Shown here: positions 33,180 to 46,600 of the stretch, piece after piece | Position numbering within the stretch: position 1 is the stretch's first letter | Layout: each line of letters begins with the position of its first letter | From: Azolla caroliniana | Taxonomy: Eukaryota > Plantae > Polypodiophyta | Reading direction: 5' to 3' | DNA length: 64,000 bases | Assembly: GCA_043228905.1 (NCBI GenBank) | Contig: JBHGNT010000001.1 | Span: forward strand, 26,226,001 to 26,290,000 | Program-made: the position numbers and the translations under genes | Notes under the pieces: generated by a model | Database searches by the model: none | What the model saw: only the letters and a program-made list of their open reading frames with translations | Told to the model about the DNA's origin: nothing

Positions 33180-34660
33180 CCTGAATAGACCTGGCCTACG
33201 TGCAAGAAAAATTCTTATAGCACAATCTAATGTAACCCCCTTTGAGTGTTATCATCAAGGACCCTACATGTGTAGCAAATGATTGACCTATAGCATATAT
33301 TGAAATGCACACTATTATCTTCCCCAATGGACAATATTAGAAATTCAACTTCTCATTCACAATGAGCAATAGTATGACGTCCATCTCAATATGCTTCCAC
33401 AACTATCCACGACTTTCATTTGGCTTTCTAAGATAAATGTATGGAAGCCTCTCTTCCATAACTTCTACCCATAACCTACATACTCTTAGCCTGTAACCCC
33501 ACAATGCTTGTCCATATCCCTTGGAAACAACAATTGAGGCACTTTCTGCTTAAAAGGATTCTTCAGCTTTCTAGCCATCTTATCCAACTTGTCAACGAAT
33601 GTGCAATCTGCATTTAAGTTATTTTGAGTTCCAATCTATAACACTTCCTCTAGAATTGGTGGTACAACATCGTCAAAGTAGAGGTAGCCATTCCATACTT
33701 GAGTGGTCAATATTGTGACTAGACAATCAATATTTTGGGGCAATGGATGCAAACACCTTCGCGCCAACTCTTCTTCTGAGTTTACAAACCCTACCCAGGT
33801 CATTTGCTTTTGGGCAATGTTTATAAACATGGTAACCACCTCTTGCATCCTCCTTTTCCATCATTCATTCAACACAACTCGCTTTTTATCTCATTCCACA
33901 TCTCACAATGATTCCACATAATTCGTCACCCAGAATACGTGCTAAATCAACGATGGCGTCAAATTGATTGCACTATCATGATTGAAGACATGGCATCCAC
34001 CTTCTTCATGCCGACATATCCAAAACATTTGGAAGCAATGGGCTAGATCGACCAAAAGCTTGAAGGAATCTAATTTGTAATCATAGTGAACTTCCACAGT
34101 GTTTAGGTCATCCCACCAAGTTTTCCTTCTAAAGGCACTAGGGTAGGGAGCTGGACCAGCCAATGGATGCACTTTCACTTGTTGATGCCATCCACTTCAC
34201 ATCCACCTTCTTCATGCCGACATATCCAAAACATTTGGAAGCAATGGGCTAGATCGACCAAAAGCTTGAAGGAATCTAATTTGTAATCATAGTGAACTTC
34301 CACAGTGTTTAGGTCATCCCACCAAGTTTTCCTTCTAAAGGCACTAGGGTAGGGAGCTGGACCAGCCAATGGATGCACTTTCACTTGTTGATGCCATCCA
34401 CTTCACATCCACCTTCTTCATGCCGACATATCCAAAACATTTGGAAGCAATGGGCTAGATCGACCAAAAGCTTGAAGGAATCTAATTTGTAATCATAGTG
34501 AACTTCCACAGTGTTTAGGTCATCCCACCAAGTTTTCCTTCTAAAGGCACTAGGGTAGGGAGCTGGACCAGCCAATGGATGCACTTTCACTTGTTGATGC
34601 CATCCACTTCACTTGTCCAAGCATACATATTCCTTGGCCTCCTCATTTCCGTGTCTCCCG
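33180..34660 (-). mobile_element. Possible decayed MULE/SWIM-type transposase remnant
   Basis: NYVES-like and IDCLVTILTTQV peptides amid stops and frameshifts; weak. Confidence 0.3.
33994..34611. repeat. 206-bp tandem repeat x3, apparently identical
   Basis: Units start 33994, 34200, 34406; the same peptide appears three times in the ORF track. Confidence 0.95.
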
Positions 34661-35649
34661 GATTCTTTTCCTTCCCTTTGACGAGACTGATTTGATAGAT
34701 ATGGAAGAACACAGACACAAGTGGAAGAAACAGATACTGCTTATATTGATGCGCACCAAATCAATTACAGTAGATAGGTGATACAGTAGAGATAGAGTTA
34801 CTAACTGCAACAGATGTGTTCCACCCACTTCATTATTACCTCTAAACCCTAAACCTCATTGACTATAATCAAGGGATCCAGTGGCCCTTGTTCACACTAA
34901 GGGCTGGCTTTGAAATACCAACAATATTCGGTTGACCAAATTAACAAAAATTCTCTTTGCACAAATAAAAACAATGACATTTGTAAAATTGACAATGAGT
35001 CCCCTTGCAAAAGCCACAACTACTTTCTTCACAAGCTTTGCAAAAGTAGCAATGATTCTCTTTGCGAAACTAATTGATTTGCAAAAACTCAAAACTGTTC
35101 ACGTTGCAACACTAAGAGCAATTCTGTTTGAGAGACTTATAATGATTTTTAGGCAAATCTAACAAGAATCCGCATTGCAAAGCTACCAAATGATTCGCTT
35201 TTACAAAGAAAACAACAATTCTGATTTACAATGGAAAAAAGGGAAAGATTTACACGGATTGATTGAAGGCAGAGATTAAATGCACACCTTGGATCAAATA
35301 TAGAAGTCGATCTCCGCATCCGACATCGGGAGGTAGCGGAAGCGAGAAATATGTTATGTAAAAGTGTGAGCGGTTTCCGCAAAACAATTGCCAGGCGCAG
35401 TTTGTACAAGTTTGTTGGGAAGGGGGGGGGGGAGGGAGGGGCAAAAAAAATCAATGGGAAGGAAAACAGAAGGTTGTGCTTTTGCGAAGCTAAGCGAGGC
35501 GATGGTCCATGAGACGGTCAGTCAAGGAGCAATGGAGCGGATCGGCAGCGTGAGCCCTAAGCCTGAGCCCTAAGCCTGAGCCTGTGCCTGTGCCTGTAAG
35601 GATGGGAGAGAAGATCTGAGAGAGATGCTGCTGCTACAGACAGAGAATC

Positions 35650-35680
<31 letters not shown>

Positions 35681-37156
35681 GGATGGGAGAGGAAGGAAAG
35701 GGAAGGAAATGAAGGAAGAGAAGGTCATGACCAGATCGTGAGATTTATCTCTCTCTACATGCTTTTCTCTCTCTAGGAATTTTAAAACCCAAATAAATAT
35801 GTATGTTTTCTGACATTTTTATTTCCAGAAAAAACAGATAGCCAAAGCTTTATTGATTATTATTATGTATATATTGTACATATTAATTATTATTATTATT
35901 ATTATTATTATTACTACTATTATTATTACTATTAAGAAAAGAAGAAAAGAAAAGGGCTCAAAAAACAGTAATTTATGTGTACATATGTATTTATTTTTAC
36001 ATACAGTATCGGAAGAATATATTTTATTTTATTTTTTTAAATCTCCTTCTTCTTCTCCTTATTTTCTTCCCTTCTACAAAATACATATATTACACAAATA
36101 TTCTCGTTAATTAATTAATTAATTAATTGCTGGAGTAAAAATAATAATAATAATAATAATAACTATGTTATTTTTTGGATATTATTTATTTTATATTTAT
36201 CTTATTTCTCTAGTTAGAGTGTTAAACCGGAGGAGGAGGGGATCCATTTTGTTCTCATCTTCATTCCTTCCCCCACTCTCACTTTTTCCTCTGGCTTCTC
36301 ATTTCAAAGTAAAAAAGCTCTCTCTCTCCCCCTATCTAGCTTAATCTATCTCTTTGTGCCATTGCCATTCAATCCGATCGTGGAGCTCGCTATGCCCACC
36401 CGCCCATTTCCCTCACCACATCTAAATCTTCCCAATCGTGTTTGCCCATTTTGCTCAGCCATTTCGCCTTTCCAATCGACCCAACGATTCGCCTCATCAC
36501 TCCCCTCTTGTGTAAATTCGCTTACCCCGGGCTTTTTGCATTCCCCCAGTTCATCCCACTATATAGCCTACATGTAAGTGGCGAAGCCATTCTAGTTGCT
36601 ATACATTTCCCAAACAAAAAAAATAGGGCATTTGATGTAGTTACCTCTACATTTTCCGTCACAGTATGGTGCTTTTACCCACCGAGCATCTACGAGTTCT
36701 CCAGCTTTTTACTCTTCTTTATTGAATTGGGCTCTTTTTCTTTTTTCTTTTTTTTTAATGGCATTGTTATCTAGTTGTTGTTCATTTCGGTCAATTTTTT
36801 ATTGGCCTTATATGTTTACTTTCTTGACTAATAACATCGTCTTTTTCTCTATTCAATTGTCTCCATCCTCCTTTTCCCATTTTGAGAAAGTTCCACGAAA
36901 CTGCGTACATAGAACATGTGTGAGTATGTGATGTGTGCACCACACTTTGTCATATAGACGACGAGCATTAAATCATGGTGGTTTATTGGCTTCTCGTATA
37001 GATTCTTCTCACTAAATGCATTTTATTTAATCGTTATAGTTCTTAAATAAGGGTGTTTATGTATATTTGATATTTAACTCGATTATTGCCTTTATGACAT
37101 GGTGTTCCTCAACCTCTCTCTAGTCTTGGAAATTGCTTTCTTTGTTCATTCATCAT

Positions 37157-37158
<2 letters not shown>

Positions 37159-37191
<33 letters not shown>
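37159..37191. repeat. (GT)n microsatellite
   Basis: Direct reading. Confidence 0.95.
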
Positions 37192-37193
<2 letters not shown>

Positions 37194-38029
37194 CGCACAT
37201 ACATTTTCAACCAACTCTCCACCACACCCATAGTTTCAAGGAAATCATATGTGATCATGACCACAAGAGTATCTTGTATCAAAAGCCGTGGTAACATCCC
37301 ATGTGAATCTTGCTTGCCTTTGTGTCAATTGTTGTCATATTCCTCATTTCATGGTGTCCTTCCCTCTAACGACATGAACATTGCATTCCATGTGGGATAC
37401 TCACATGTCACATCGAATCCACTTGCTCTATTTCTAAGTCACAATTGGTTTGAAGAAGACTTTTATAGGAATTCAAACAAGTTTGATGGAAGAAAACTAA
37501 AACTTGTTTCAATCATTTGCTTTGAAGCTTTCTTAATGAATACGACGGAGGGAACAAAACAAAATAAATACAAGAGAGTTTGAGCAAAACTAGATGGACT
37601 TAGGAAGTGCAATTGTAATTGTGAAGCCAAACAAACCCACCACGTGATGGATGAGGAAACAACAAACAATCCAAGTGCATCGAACATATCTTATTAAGCC
37701 TACAAAACTCACTAGACATCCTATCTATGTTTATTACTGTATCAACTAATTATTTGAACGATCTAAATTTGATAGGTGGACACATGCTTGCCTTTATGGG
37801 GATTATTGGTTAACCGTTATATTTATTATTGCTACCTATTGATAGCAATGTTTTTGGTTTCAATTTATAAAGCCATGTTTTAAGGACAATAATCAAACAT
37901 CGGTAGATATGTATGTGTTATTATTATGACAAGTAATGTTATATATTTAACCCTTGGATTGCGAAAAGTGAGTTTGTTTGGCAATGTTTTAAGGACAACC
38001 TATCAGTAATGAAACTTCAAAGAGATTCA

Positions 38030-38305
38030 TGTGCTATTATAATTGTGTCCACTATCAACGTGAATAGTTTAGCGTTAGGTTGACATTCTTTTCCTTCTTG
38101 TGGGGTTATGGAAACTATGTTTTGTAATATCATTGTGTGACAAAGGCAATGTTATATGAAACTTCGGAGAGATTCATGTGCTATTATAATCATGTCTACT
38201 ATCAACTTGAATAGTTTAGCGTTAGGTTGACATTATTTTCCTTCTTTGTGGGGTTATGGAAACTATGTTTTGTAATATCATTGCGTGACAAAGGCAATGT
38301 TATAT
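38030..38305. repeat. Tandem duplication, about 128 bp x2
   Basis: GAATAGTTTAGCGTTAGGTTGACATT...GACAAAGGCAATGTTATATG occurs twice. Confidence 0.85.
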
Positions 38306-40189
38306 GGTTTTCCATCCTTGGGTTCTGGAGTTTTGAATTTGTAAAGTCATGGTGACTTATTTCATGCTTTGGGATAAGGTAAAATCATGAGATACTTATG
38401 CAAACATGCCCCGAGCAATAATGTAGTGGTTGGTTGTTAACCCAATACTAAAAGACTATAAACCTTGATGTTTACAAGTTACAACTTAACCCAATGTAAT
38501 TGACGCAAACAATATAAAACATTTATCCCTCCACCAAAGAGCAATCTATCTATTCTAATATATTGTAATTAGTGTCTTCGTATCAAAGGACGCGTGTCTC
38601 TCTGTACACTATTGGATGTATATGCGAATAAAACACGAGGTTCAACATGCATCATCCATACGCATAATATGGAAGTGGACATTATAAAAACACTGCTTTC
38701 ACTCCATTCTTTAGCATGTAAAGCATTGTTTCATTAAGCCCTCCTATATTAGATTCTTATTGATAATGTTTCTCCATTATACTTTGCTTGACTATCAAAA
38801 TTGTGACCTACTTGAACTTATTGAACAACTTCCTAGTATCAATGCGCACGTCTTAGGACATTATTCCTACACTTCCTCTCCTTTCAAATGAATTATTGTC
38901 CTTGACAACAAGCACACAATTTCTCTCAAAAACATCTCCCCCACTGTCCCATCCAAACCGAATGCCTTATCTTATTTTCTCCATAAGGAACCTTTGATCA
39001 ACACGACCAACTTATACACACAATTACTTTTTTTCATGTCATAATGGATCTCTACGAGCCCCAAATTATGGTATAGAATCGGTTCTAAGGTTCCCCATGG
39101 ATATCTAAACAACATTAGTATTCATGTATGCTTTGAAACTATTTGAACACGTTAGCATTCCAAAATCTTTATCACTATTTATGACATGATCATACAATTC
39201 AACTCAATTTGATTTTAATTGGTCGAGTATGTAAATGACTCACTAAAAAACTTGAATCTGACACAATCCTCCCCATGGTAATTACAATTTGTTGGAAACA
39301 CATTGCTAACCAAACATTTTGTAGAAAAAACAACTTTTATAACTTGTATCTCGTAGTTCAACTTCATCACTTTCGTGATTGACATACAAAATCGCATGTT
39401 TATAAGTAAACATTACCAAACATTCCTACCATCTTTGTGCAATGTATGTATTAATTGTTGTTCTTGTTTCAATGTGTGCCTCCAATTGATGTCACTTACC
39501 TCAAACCAATGTAGTTCTATTATTATGATAATATGATATAACATTTTAGAATGGTCTAGAAATAAGAGAGTACTTGAAATAGAGGATCCATAAAATTCAA
39601 GGAGTTATAACAGTGAATAATTATCTAACTCTATGTGAAGAGATTAACAGAATCACAATCTAGGTGTTTTTCAAAAGCTTTCATGCGAGATTGTGAAGTA
39701 CCATCAAATGATGTGCACTGAGTGCACCTCATATCAAAGTCATATCCAATATTCCCTTCCATTCTTTTACAAAATACATGACTTGCATTCGACGATATTA
39801 CCCTAACATTTGAGTCTAACTTATGCTCGTACCTACTTTGTCCTAGTCGGGTTATTTAGATATTACATGTTTGTATATTGGGAGCAATATATCGCCTTAA
39901 GACATCCCATATGTCATGGTACATGGAGCACATAAAGTTGGCTAGAAGAGGCCAACAAGAGAATCATGTCAAGCTTTTGCTTGCACAATCTTCAATGACA
40001 GGAAAGAGTTATCATTTTGGATAGTATCAAGGTGTACCTAAAAGGTATGAATTTCTTTGTAATAGAAAATTAAACCCCAAATGACTGAGATCCAAGTAGG
40101 CAGACTATGCAGCCAAAAAAGGAACTCAAAATGCATTTAAAGTGATGACCAATAGGGCTACCTCAAGTTTGGAATTTCAGTTACAAAAT

Positions 40190-40700
40190 TGTAGATGATA
40201 TTTATGGAATAGAGGCCTGAGATTTAAGTGATGTAGGTCAAAGTATAGATATTATTTGTGTAGTTGAAACTTGGGAACACGAAGCCAAATGATATTATAT
40301 GGCCCTATAGTGGAAGAAATGTTGGGTGAGTAGGAATGGCATATATTTATCATGGGGGCTTGGAAAACTATATATTAATACGCAAGTATGATGAATAGAA
40401 ATGGGATTAGTTAGTTGAAGCAACATTATGCAAATGTAAAGTTTATTTGGCATGTTTCTACATTCCTCGTAGAGAGTCTAACTACAATATTGTGTACAAG
40501 GTAGATTGTGATGATCCTTTTTTCTAACGTGTGTGTGTTGACATTCTTAAATAAGAAAATTGGAATTGGTTTTATTATGGGTGATTTTAATGATGGAATT
40601 GGAACTTATCAAAATGTGAAAGGTGATGATAATGTAATGGTGTTGGATTTGATATATGACTCATAAGATTGGACTATGCTAGATTATCGTTACGCTTCTT
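40190..40700 (+). pseudogene. Decayed LINE AP-endonuclease fragment
   Basis: VETWEH, ACFYIP and MGDFN motifs in the expected order. Confidence 0.5.
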
Positions 40701-42609
40701 ATACAACATTGTCATGACGTGGCATGCACGACTGAGGAAAGGTAAGGTCATGGTCAAACAAGTAACAAGTATGAGTTGTATCTAGATGTGGTATTTAAAT
40801 CAACAAAATGATATAACAGAATTGGCAAGAGCTAGCTCTTGGATGGATAAGATGCAAAGTTTGATTCCCTTTAGGGTTGATGTGGGGAAAGGTGATTTAT
40901 AGTGAGTAAGTTATATGGTTGAAATATGCAATAAAGACAAAAAGGGGCATATAAATTTTGCATCAAGTCGAGTACTGAACTCAAATATTATAAAAAGAAA
41001 CTTATTGATTTTGGTACATGGGCGCTTAAAACCTATAAAAAGAGAAGTTGAGCTCTATGCAAGGGATCAACGTTTTGAGGGAGGTGCTTGGGTGTTGTTA
41101 GTAGACATATTATTGTGGGACAATGAATCAAGAGGGTGCGTTGAAGGCCTACAACAATAAGAGGTGATGTGGTCATTGAGCGTAGACTTGCTATGTTGAA
41201 ACTCGAGTATCTCTTCCTAAAACTCTTTTGATCTCTTTACTTTGTTCATCTTAATCTCTCATACCCTATGCAATAGGGTGATCTTATTGTAAAAACAATT
41301 TTATCTCTATCTCAAGCTCATACATCTGATTGGAGTGTTGATTGTTAATAAACACAATCATAAAGGGGAAATATGGTAACATCGTTGTAACTACCTCATC
41401 TTTTTGAATATGCAAAATTTTGATACCGTGGTGGTTTCAAGACATACTCTTTGATTCTCAGAAGGAGTTTCTTAATATTGTCAAGCTAATCAAACACAAA
41501 CACCCTCGCCATATCTCAAATTTCACCACCTCCCCTCATGAAACATGAAGTGGTGCCCTCATAAGGTGAGGGGTGTGCAGGTATGTTAAGTACTTCTCAA
41601 AAGATTCACTTCCATGTACTTTTCTTATGTCATCACATTGGCATAGTTATTTAAGGGGCAAATATGGAGAGAACGAAAGGGAGAGACAAAGATATAGTGC
41701 CTGGTGGCCACTAAAGTGTGAAAGAGCCAAATTAATGTAAAAGACTATAAAAGTCATATTTGGTTCTCTTTTGTGTGACTTTTTCATTTTCTCACTTTAA
41801 GCTAGAACTTAAACTTTTTTAGACTCAAACAATGAGTCAAATATAATGATTAATTCTTACAATATCAAACCTTTATCCTTGAAGAAAACAACAAACATCT
41901 TTGAGTTGAATATAAAATAACAAAAGAAAATAGTGTTGACGACACAAATGTCAAAATTAACCTTGAACTCGAGAGAATCCAAACCGAGTTAAAAAAGGGT
42001 GAATGAACGCTATTAAAGAAGAGATAAAGTAGAACTTCCCCTAGCCAAAGAAGGTGACGAAAACAACCTAGAAAATATAAACAATGAAATAACGAAAGGT
42101 TATGTTAAACTAGTCAAAGAAGTAAAACATGAAACCAAAGAGCGTGAATGGGTGGAGGTATCTAAGAAGCATGAACAATGATAAGGAATGAAACTTGTGT
42201 AGTCTACTTGTAGACAAAGAAGAGTGGAGCAAGCGTGTGAGAGGACTTGGTGTGTGAGTTATGAACATCCTCAAGTCACCAAATGCCACCCTAAACAAGA
42301 AGGACACTTTGTAGAAAGCTCATGTATAAGAAGAAAGAAGCCACCCCCCCACCCCCACCCCCCATTCACCTAATATTGGACCACAAGGCACAATTAAATT
42401 TTGAGCATTCATATTACAATTTTTGAAAAAAGTAAGAAGAATTGCCTTCATACTATAGGGTTGGATGAATCCCCTCTATCTTTCTTAATGATGACTTGAA
42501 GATGCCAATTGACCATACAAAAGAATGTGTGCAATGAAGTTTATTCATTAGGATGGTCATCGTGTTCATTAAACTAGGATTCATGGTTTGTGAAATAAAA
42601 GAATCAAAG

Positions 42610-43640
42610 CTGCACATTACAATTTGGATTTGTAATGGAGTTCTTGGGACACATTAAGAAGAACGGAAGAAATCATGGCACGATGAGGCATGCTCATTAT
42701 AGAGACGTGGGAAAGCCTAAATAAAGTTCTACCTCTAGTAGAAGACTTTCAATGGGAGTATGCATACAAGTAAACCACTATGAAAACCATGCATCACCAG
42801 GTTCAAGGAAGATTACAATTTCTCTCGATAACGTTTATATCCACACATTTTTGCATGAAGGCCTACAAAAAGGTCTACCTCTAGTGGGGGGCTTTCAATG
42901 GGACTATGCATACAACCAGCCCACTAGGAAAACCAGACATCACGAGGTTCGAGGATGATGACACTTCTCTTTCGAAGACTCTTCAATCCATAGATCTATA
43001 TACATGGAATGCGCTCAAGTTTTTCTTTTCAACTAAACTTGCATCATGCTTCAATCACTTCCCTATATTGGTATTTGAGAATACTTCCCCTTTTCATATC
43101 TTTTAAATAACCATGATAATAAAAAATCAATCTCAAACTTTTATAATATAAAATAACTTCTCTTATGAATCTTATCAAATATTTCCTCTCTTTCATGTAT
43201 TCGAGAATTCGATCAAATAGAATGAATATTACTATCATGCCAACACTAATTTCGTTGGTCAAACTCTATTGGTCATACATGTTTCCCACTAAGAGACAAC
43301 ATGAGCAATTGAGTATATCTTAAGGACAAGGGAAGCCACCCAAATCATAAAAACCTTCACCATCCCACCCTGTCCAATTGATGTCAACAACAATTATCTT
43401 TCCATAAACCCAACAACACATCTTCTCCTTCATCACCAACCTCATGTCTATGCACAATCATCCACTTTGCCCCATGAAGTAGAAGAAACTTTGAATCAAC
43501 ATGTCCAACAAGGACACTACTAGCTAGAGCCAACCACCCAAATCAATGCCTTCACCTCTCAACTGTCTACTAGACTAAAAAATTGTGCCATCAACAATTT
43601 TCCTTTCCATACACCACATTCTCAGGAACATGCCCCGAAC
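42610..43640 (+). pseudogene. Decayed LINE related to the 54.9-59.7 kb element (endonuclease region)
   Basis: ITIWICNG, LPLVEDFQWE and PCPID...IIHFAHE parallel TLWNCNG, LPRVEGFRWE and PCPIG...TIHFTHE. Confidence 0.55.
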
Positions 43641-46600
43641 TTATTGTATGTATGCTCCATAATGTATGTATGGGGTAGCAAGGATATATAGGATACCAAT
43701 TTGAGGAATAGGACTATACAAACTATTACGACATGCATACGTAATCTATCATGTTGATGAGGTTTGGGTCCTTAGTTGGGTCCTCATTGTTGAATCATTT
43801 GGGTCCTTAGTTGTCTTGTAATTATCATAACATTACACTCATGCTTGGTGATAATGGCACACATATAGTGGAAATGGAATATAAAAGGGGTTTTGTCCAA
43901 TCCCAACATAACTTGTAATGCCTTTTTATAATATTTTGAAGAAACATATAATGTTTATTCATGTTAAAACTTGTCTTAAGTATATACATGCAATCAAACC
44001 ATGACATCTTTTAATGTTGTTTCTTCAACTTTATCAGTAAATACACAAATGTGTTTCTAAATTCTAAGGACTTATCCATGAGGTTGCCTTCTCAAGAAGT
44101 TGAACATGTGTTGGATAAACATAGTTATGAAAGGGAAAGATATTGTTTACCCTTCAAACTAGGGGAAGGCAAGTTAAGGACATACCATACTCAAGCCCAA
44201 ATTGGTTGAATGTGGATGCCATAGTATGGGCTATGATATCGTTGGTGGTTCTATGGAATATTTGGATAGGTCGATCCCAAAATGCGTTTCAGCAAATAAA
44301 GCAAAATCTTGTTCATTGTGTGAAGGAAAATTGGTCGATGCTTATCTCAATTCTAAAAGGTCAATGTGACTCCTTCATGGGTAATGCCAATATGATTTTT
44401 CTGAAATGGAAGGAGTTGTTAGCTTTTGTGGAGAGAAATGACAAAATGTACCCCCGCGATGGTTTTTCCGTCCATAGGTGGAGGTTGGTTTCAATTAGGA
44501 CATAATGGGGGATATCTTACCCACCACTAAATTGTATCATTATAGGCTTGTATTTGCTTATTGCATTGGTAATGGAAACTACGGTGTAGTTTAAAAAAGA
44601 AGAAGAAGAAGAAGAAGTTGAACATGTGATGATACAGTTGTTGCCTAATAATAACTTTACATTGTTTAGTGCAAAAGAGGCCACAATAAAGTATTTATAC
44701 CATTGGGTTATTCGTTTATTGACTTCTCTCATTTTGTTGGTCAATTACGAGGTGGTGTGATGCTCATGTGTCAATTATTGTGCTTTGAATGCATGCATGA
44801 TGAGGAACAAATGCCGCATGTGTCATAGAGTGGATTGTTTGATAACGTATGAGGAGCACTATCTTTTCCATCGAGTATGTGCATGAAACGAGAATGCCCA
44901 TAACGAAGCATTTTGTGCACAAGTTGGCCATTACAAGGTTTTGATAAGACCATGTGGCCTCATTGATGCTCCAATACATCATGACATTAATGAATAGAAC
45001 ATTTTCATATCTAGGGAATTTTGCGGTCGTGTTTTTTATGATATTCTTGTGTGTAGTTTAATGGCAATGTAATAGAGGTATGATAACAAGTATCTTCACA
45101 ATTATGCTAAGGTAGCATGAATAAAGATTATTTGTTTAGTATGTGGGGTTTGAACTATTTGTTGTTTTTACACTCGTTCGTGTGTGAAGGAAGTCCTATT
45201 GAGATTGAAATCGAGAACTTGAATAAAACCCTACATAAACTGTCAACTTTATTAGCAATGGTCCTTTGCAAAACATCACACACTCAAGATATTTATCATT
45301 ACTTGCATGGGATGATGCTTGAGTTTGTTTTTAACCATGAAAGTATTTGGTGGTTTGCAAATCAAAAAGATTTTAAGGGTTGAAAGGCTCTTTATCTTAT
45401 CATTCAATACAACAAATCATCTTACAATAGATGGGAAATATGAACATATAAATATTGGATTTGAAGATATACTTCCTGAAAGAGTTGATATCAAGCAAAT
45501 GAAGTGGGAGGGTTATGAGCCTTTCCTCAAAGTAAAGTATAATAGTGTACAACATATTTTTGCATAGTCTCACTCTTCATCTTAATCTATTGTTTCCAAT
45601 CTCATTCAATTGGATTAGACAAAGAACAATTCCTCAAAGTTTGGGATTTTGTTGGACATCATGAATGCATGTGGGATTTTGCACATTGTACAACCTGACA
45701 AGAACGACATTGCTATAAAAAGGCATGGATGAGAAGTGTATATGTGCAATTTTTTAATAAGATAATGATATGTATCCCAAAGTTCTTGACAACTTCGAGA
45801 CATTTAAGGTTGGCAAAGTTCCAAATTTAACAAGATGTCGTGGGCCATTCATCAAATGTTGTAATGAATTGGAGAGGTCTACATTTTGGATTCATCTTCT
45901 TGTAGTGAGGGGCATCCTATTTTTTGTATGGTAATGTAAAGAGGAGTATTATGGTTTGTTTGAAACAAGTTGTGCCAAAATCTCTTTGGAAAAGGTCAAA
46001 TGCACATAATAAAGTTCCTTGTAGTAAAGATGTTACCACTTCAGCTAGAACAATTGCTAGATGTACATGAAAAACAAGTCATAAAGTGTTTGTCATAATA
46101 TCTTGATGGTGGTGGCTAAAAAGACAAACCCACATTTTGGAAGAGATTCTCTAGATTTCATTTTGAGAATGTCAAATTTGAATGCATATCCTCCTCAATA
46201 TCGCCATATATGATCCAAACAAAAGGAGAGGGGATGTGTTGGTTGATCTAATGCCACAATGCTTTGCCCTCACATGGGTTGTAGTGGGAACCCATTAAGA
46301 TAGTACTTGAAATTCAAGGGAAACTTCCAATTAGTTAATGGTTCATTCTAGGTCTTCTATGATAAGTTAGCGATGCTCGTATGTCTACAATTGGTATTAG
46401 CTCATTGAGCATAGGGAACGTAGTGCTTTATACATTTTGTTAATTTAGGGAAAAGGAATTCTAGAAAGGTCTATTAAGTTTGATGGTTCTAACAAGAGCT
46501 TTTGTTATATGTTTCTATTCCCATCTCAAAGCCCTATCAAATGTCAATGTGTTGAGCTTTCTAGCAAGGTCTTAGCATGTTGGCCCAAGTAGGCACGCAT

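Noticed and set aside
33994-34611. Regular repeats as a CRISPR array
   Set aside because: Head-to-tail units with no unique spacers; eukaryotic context.
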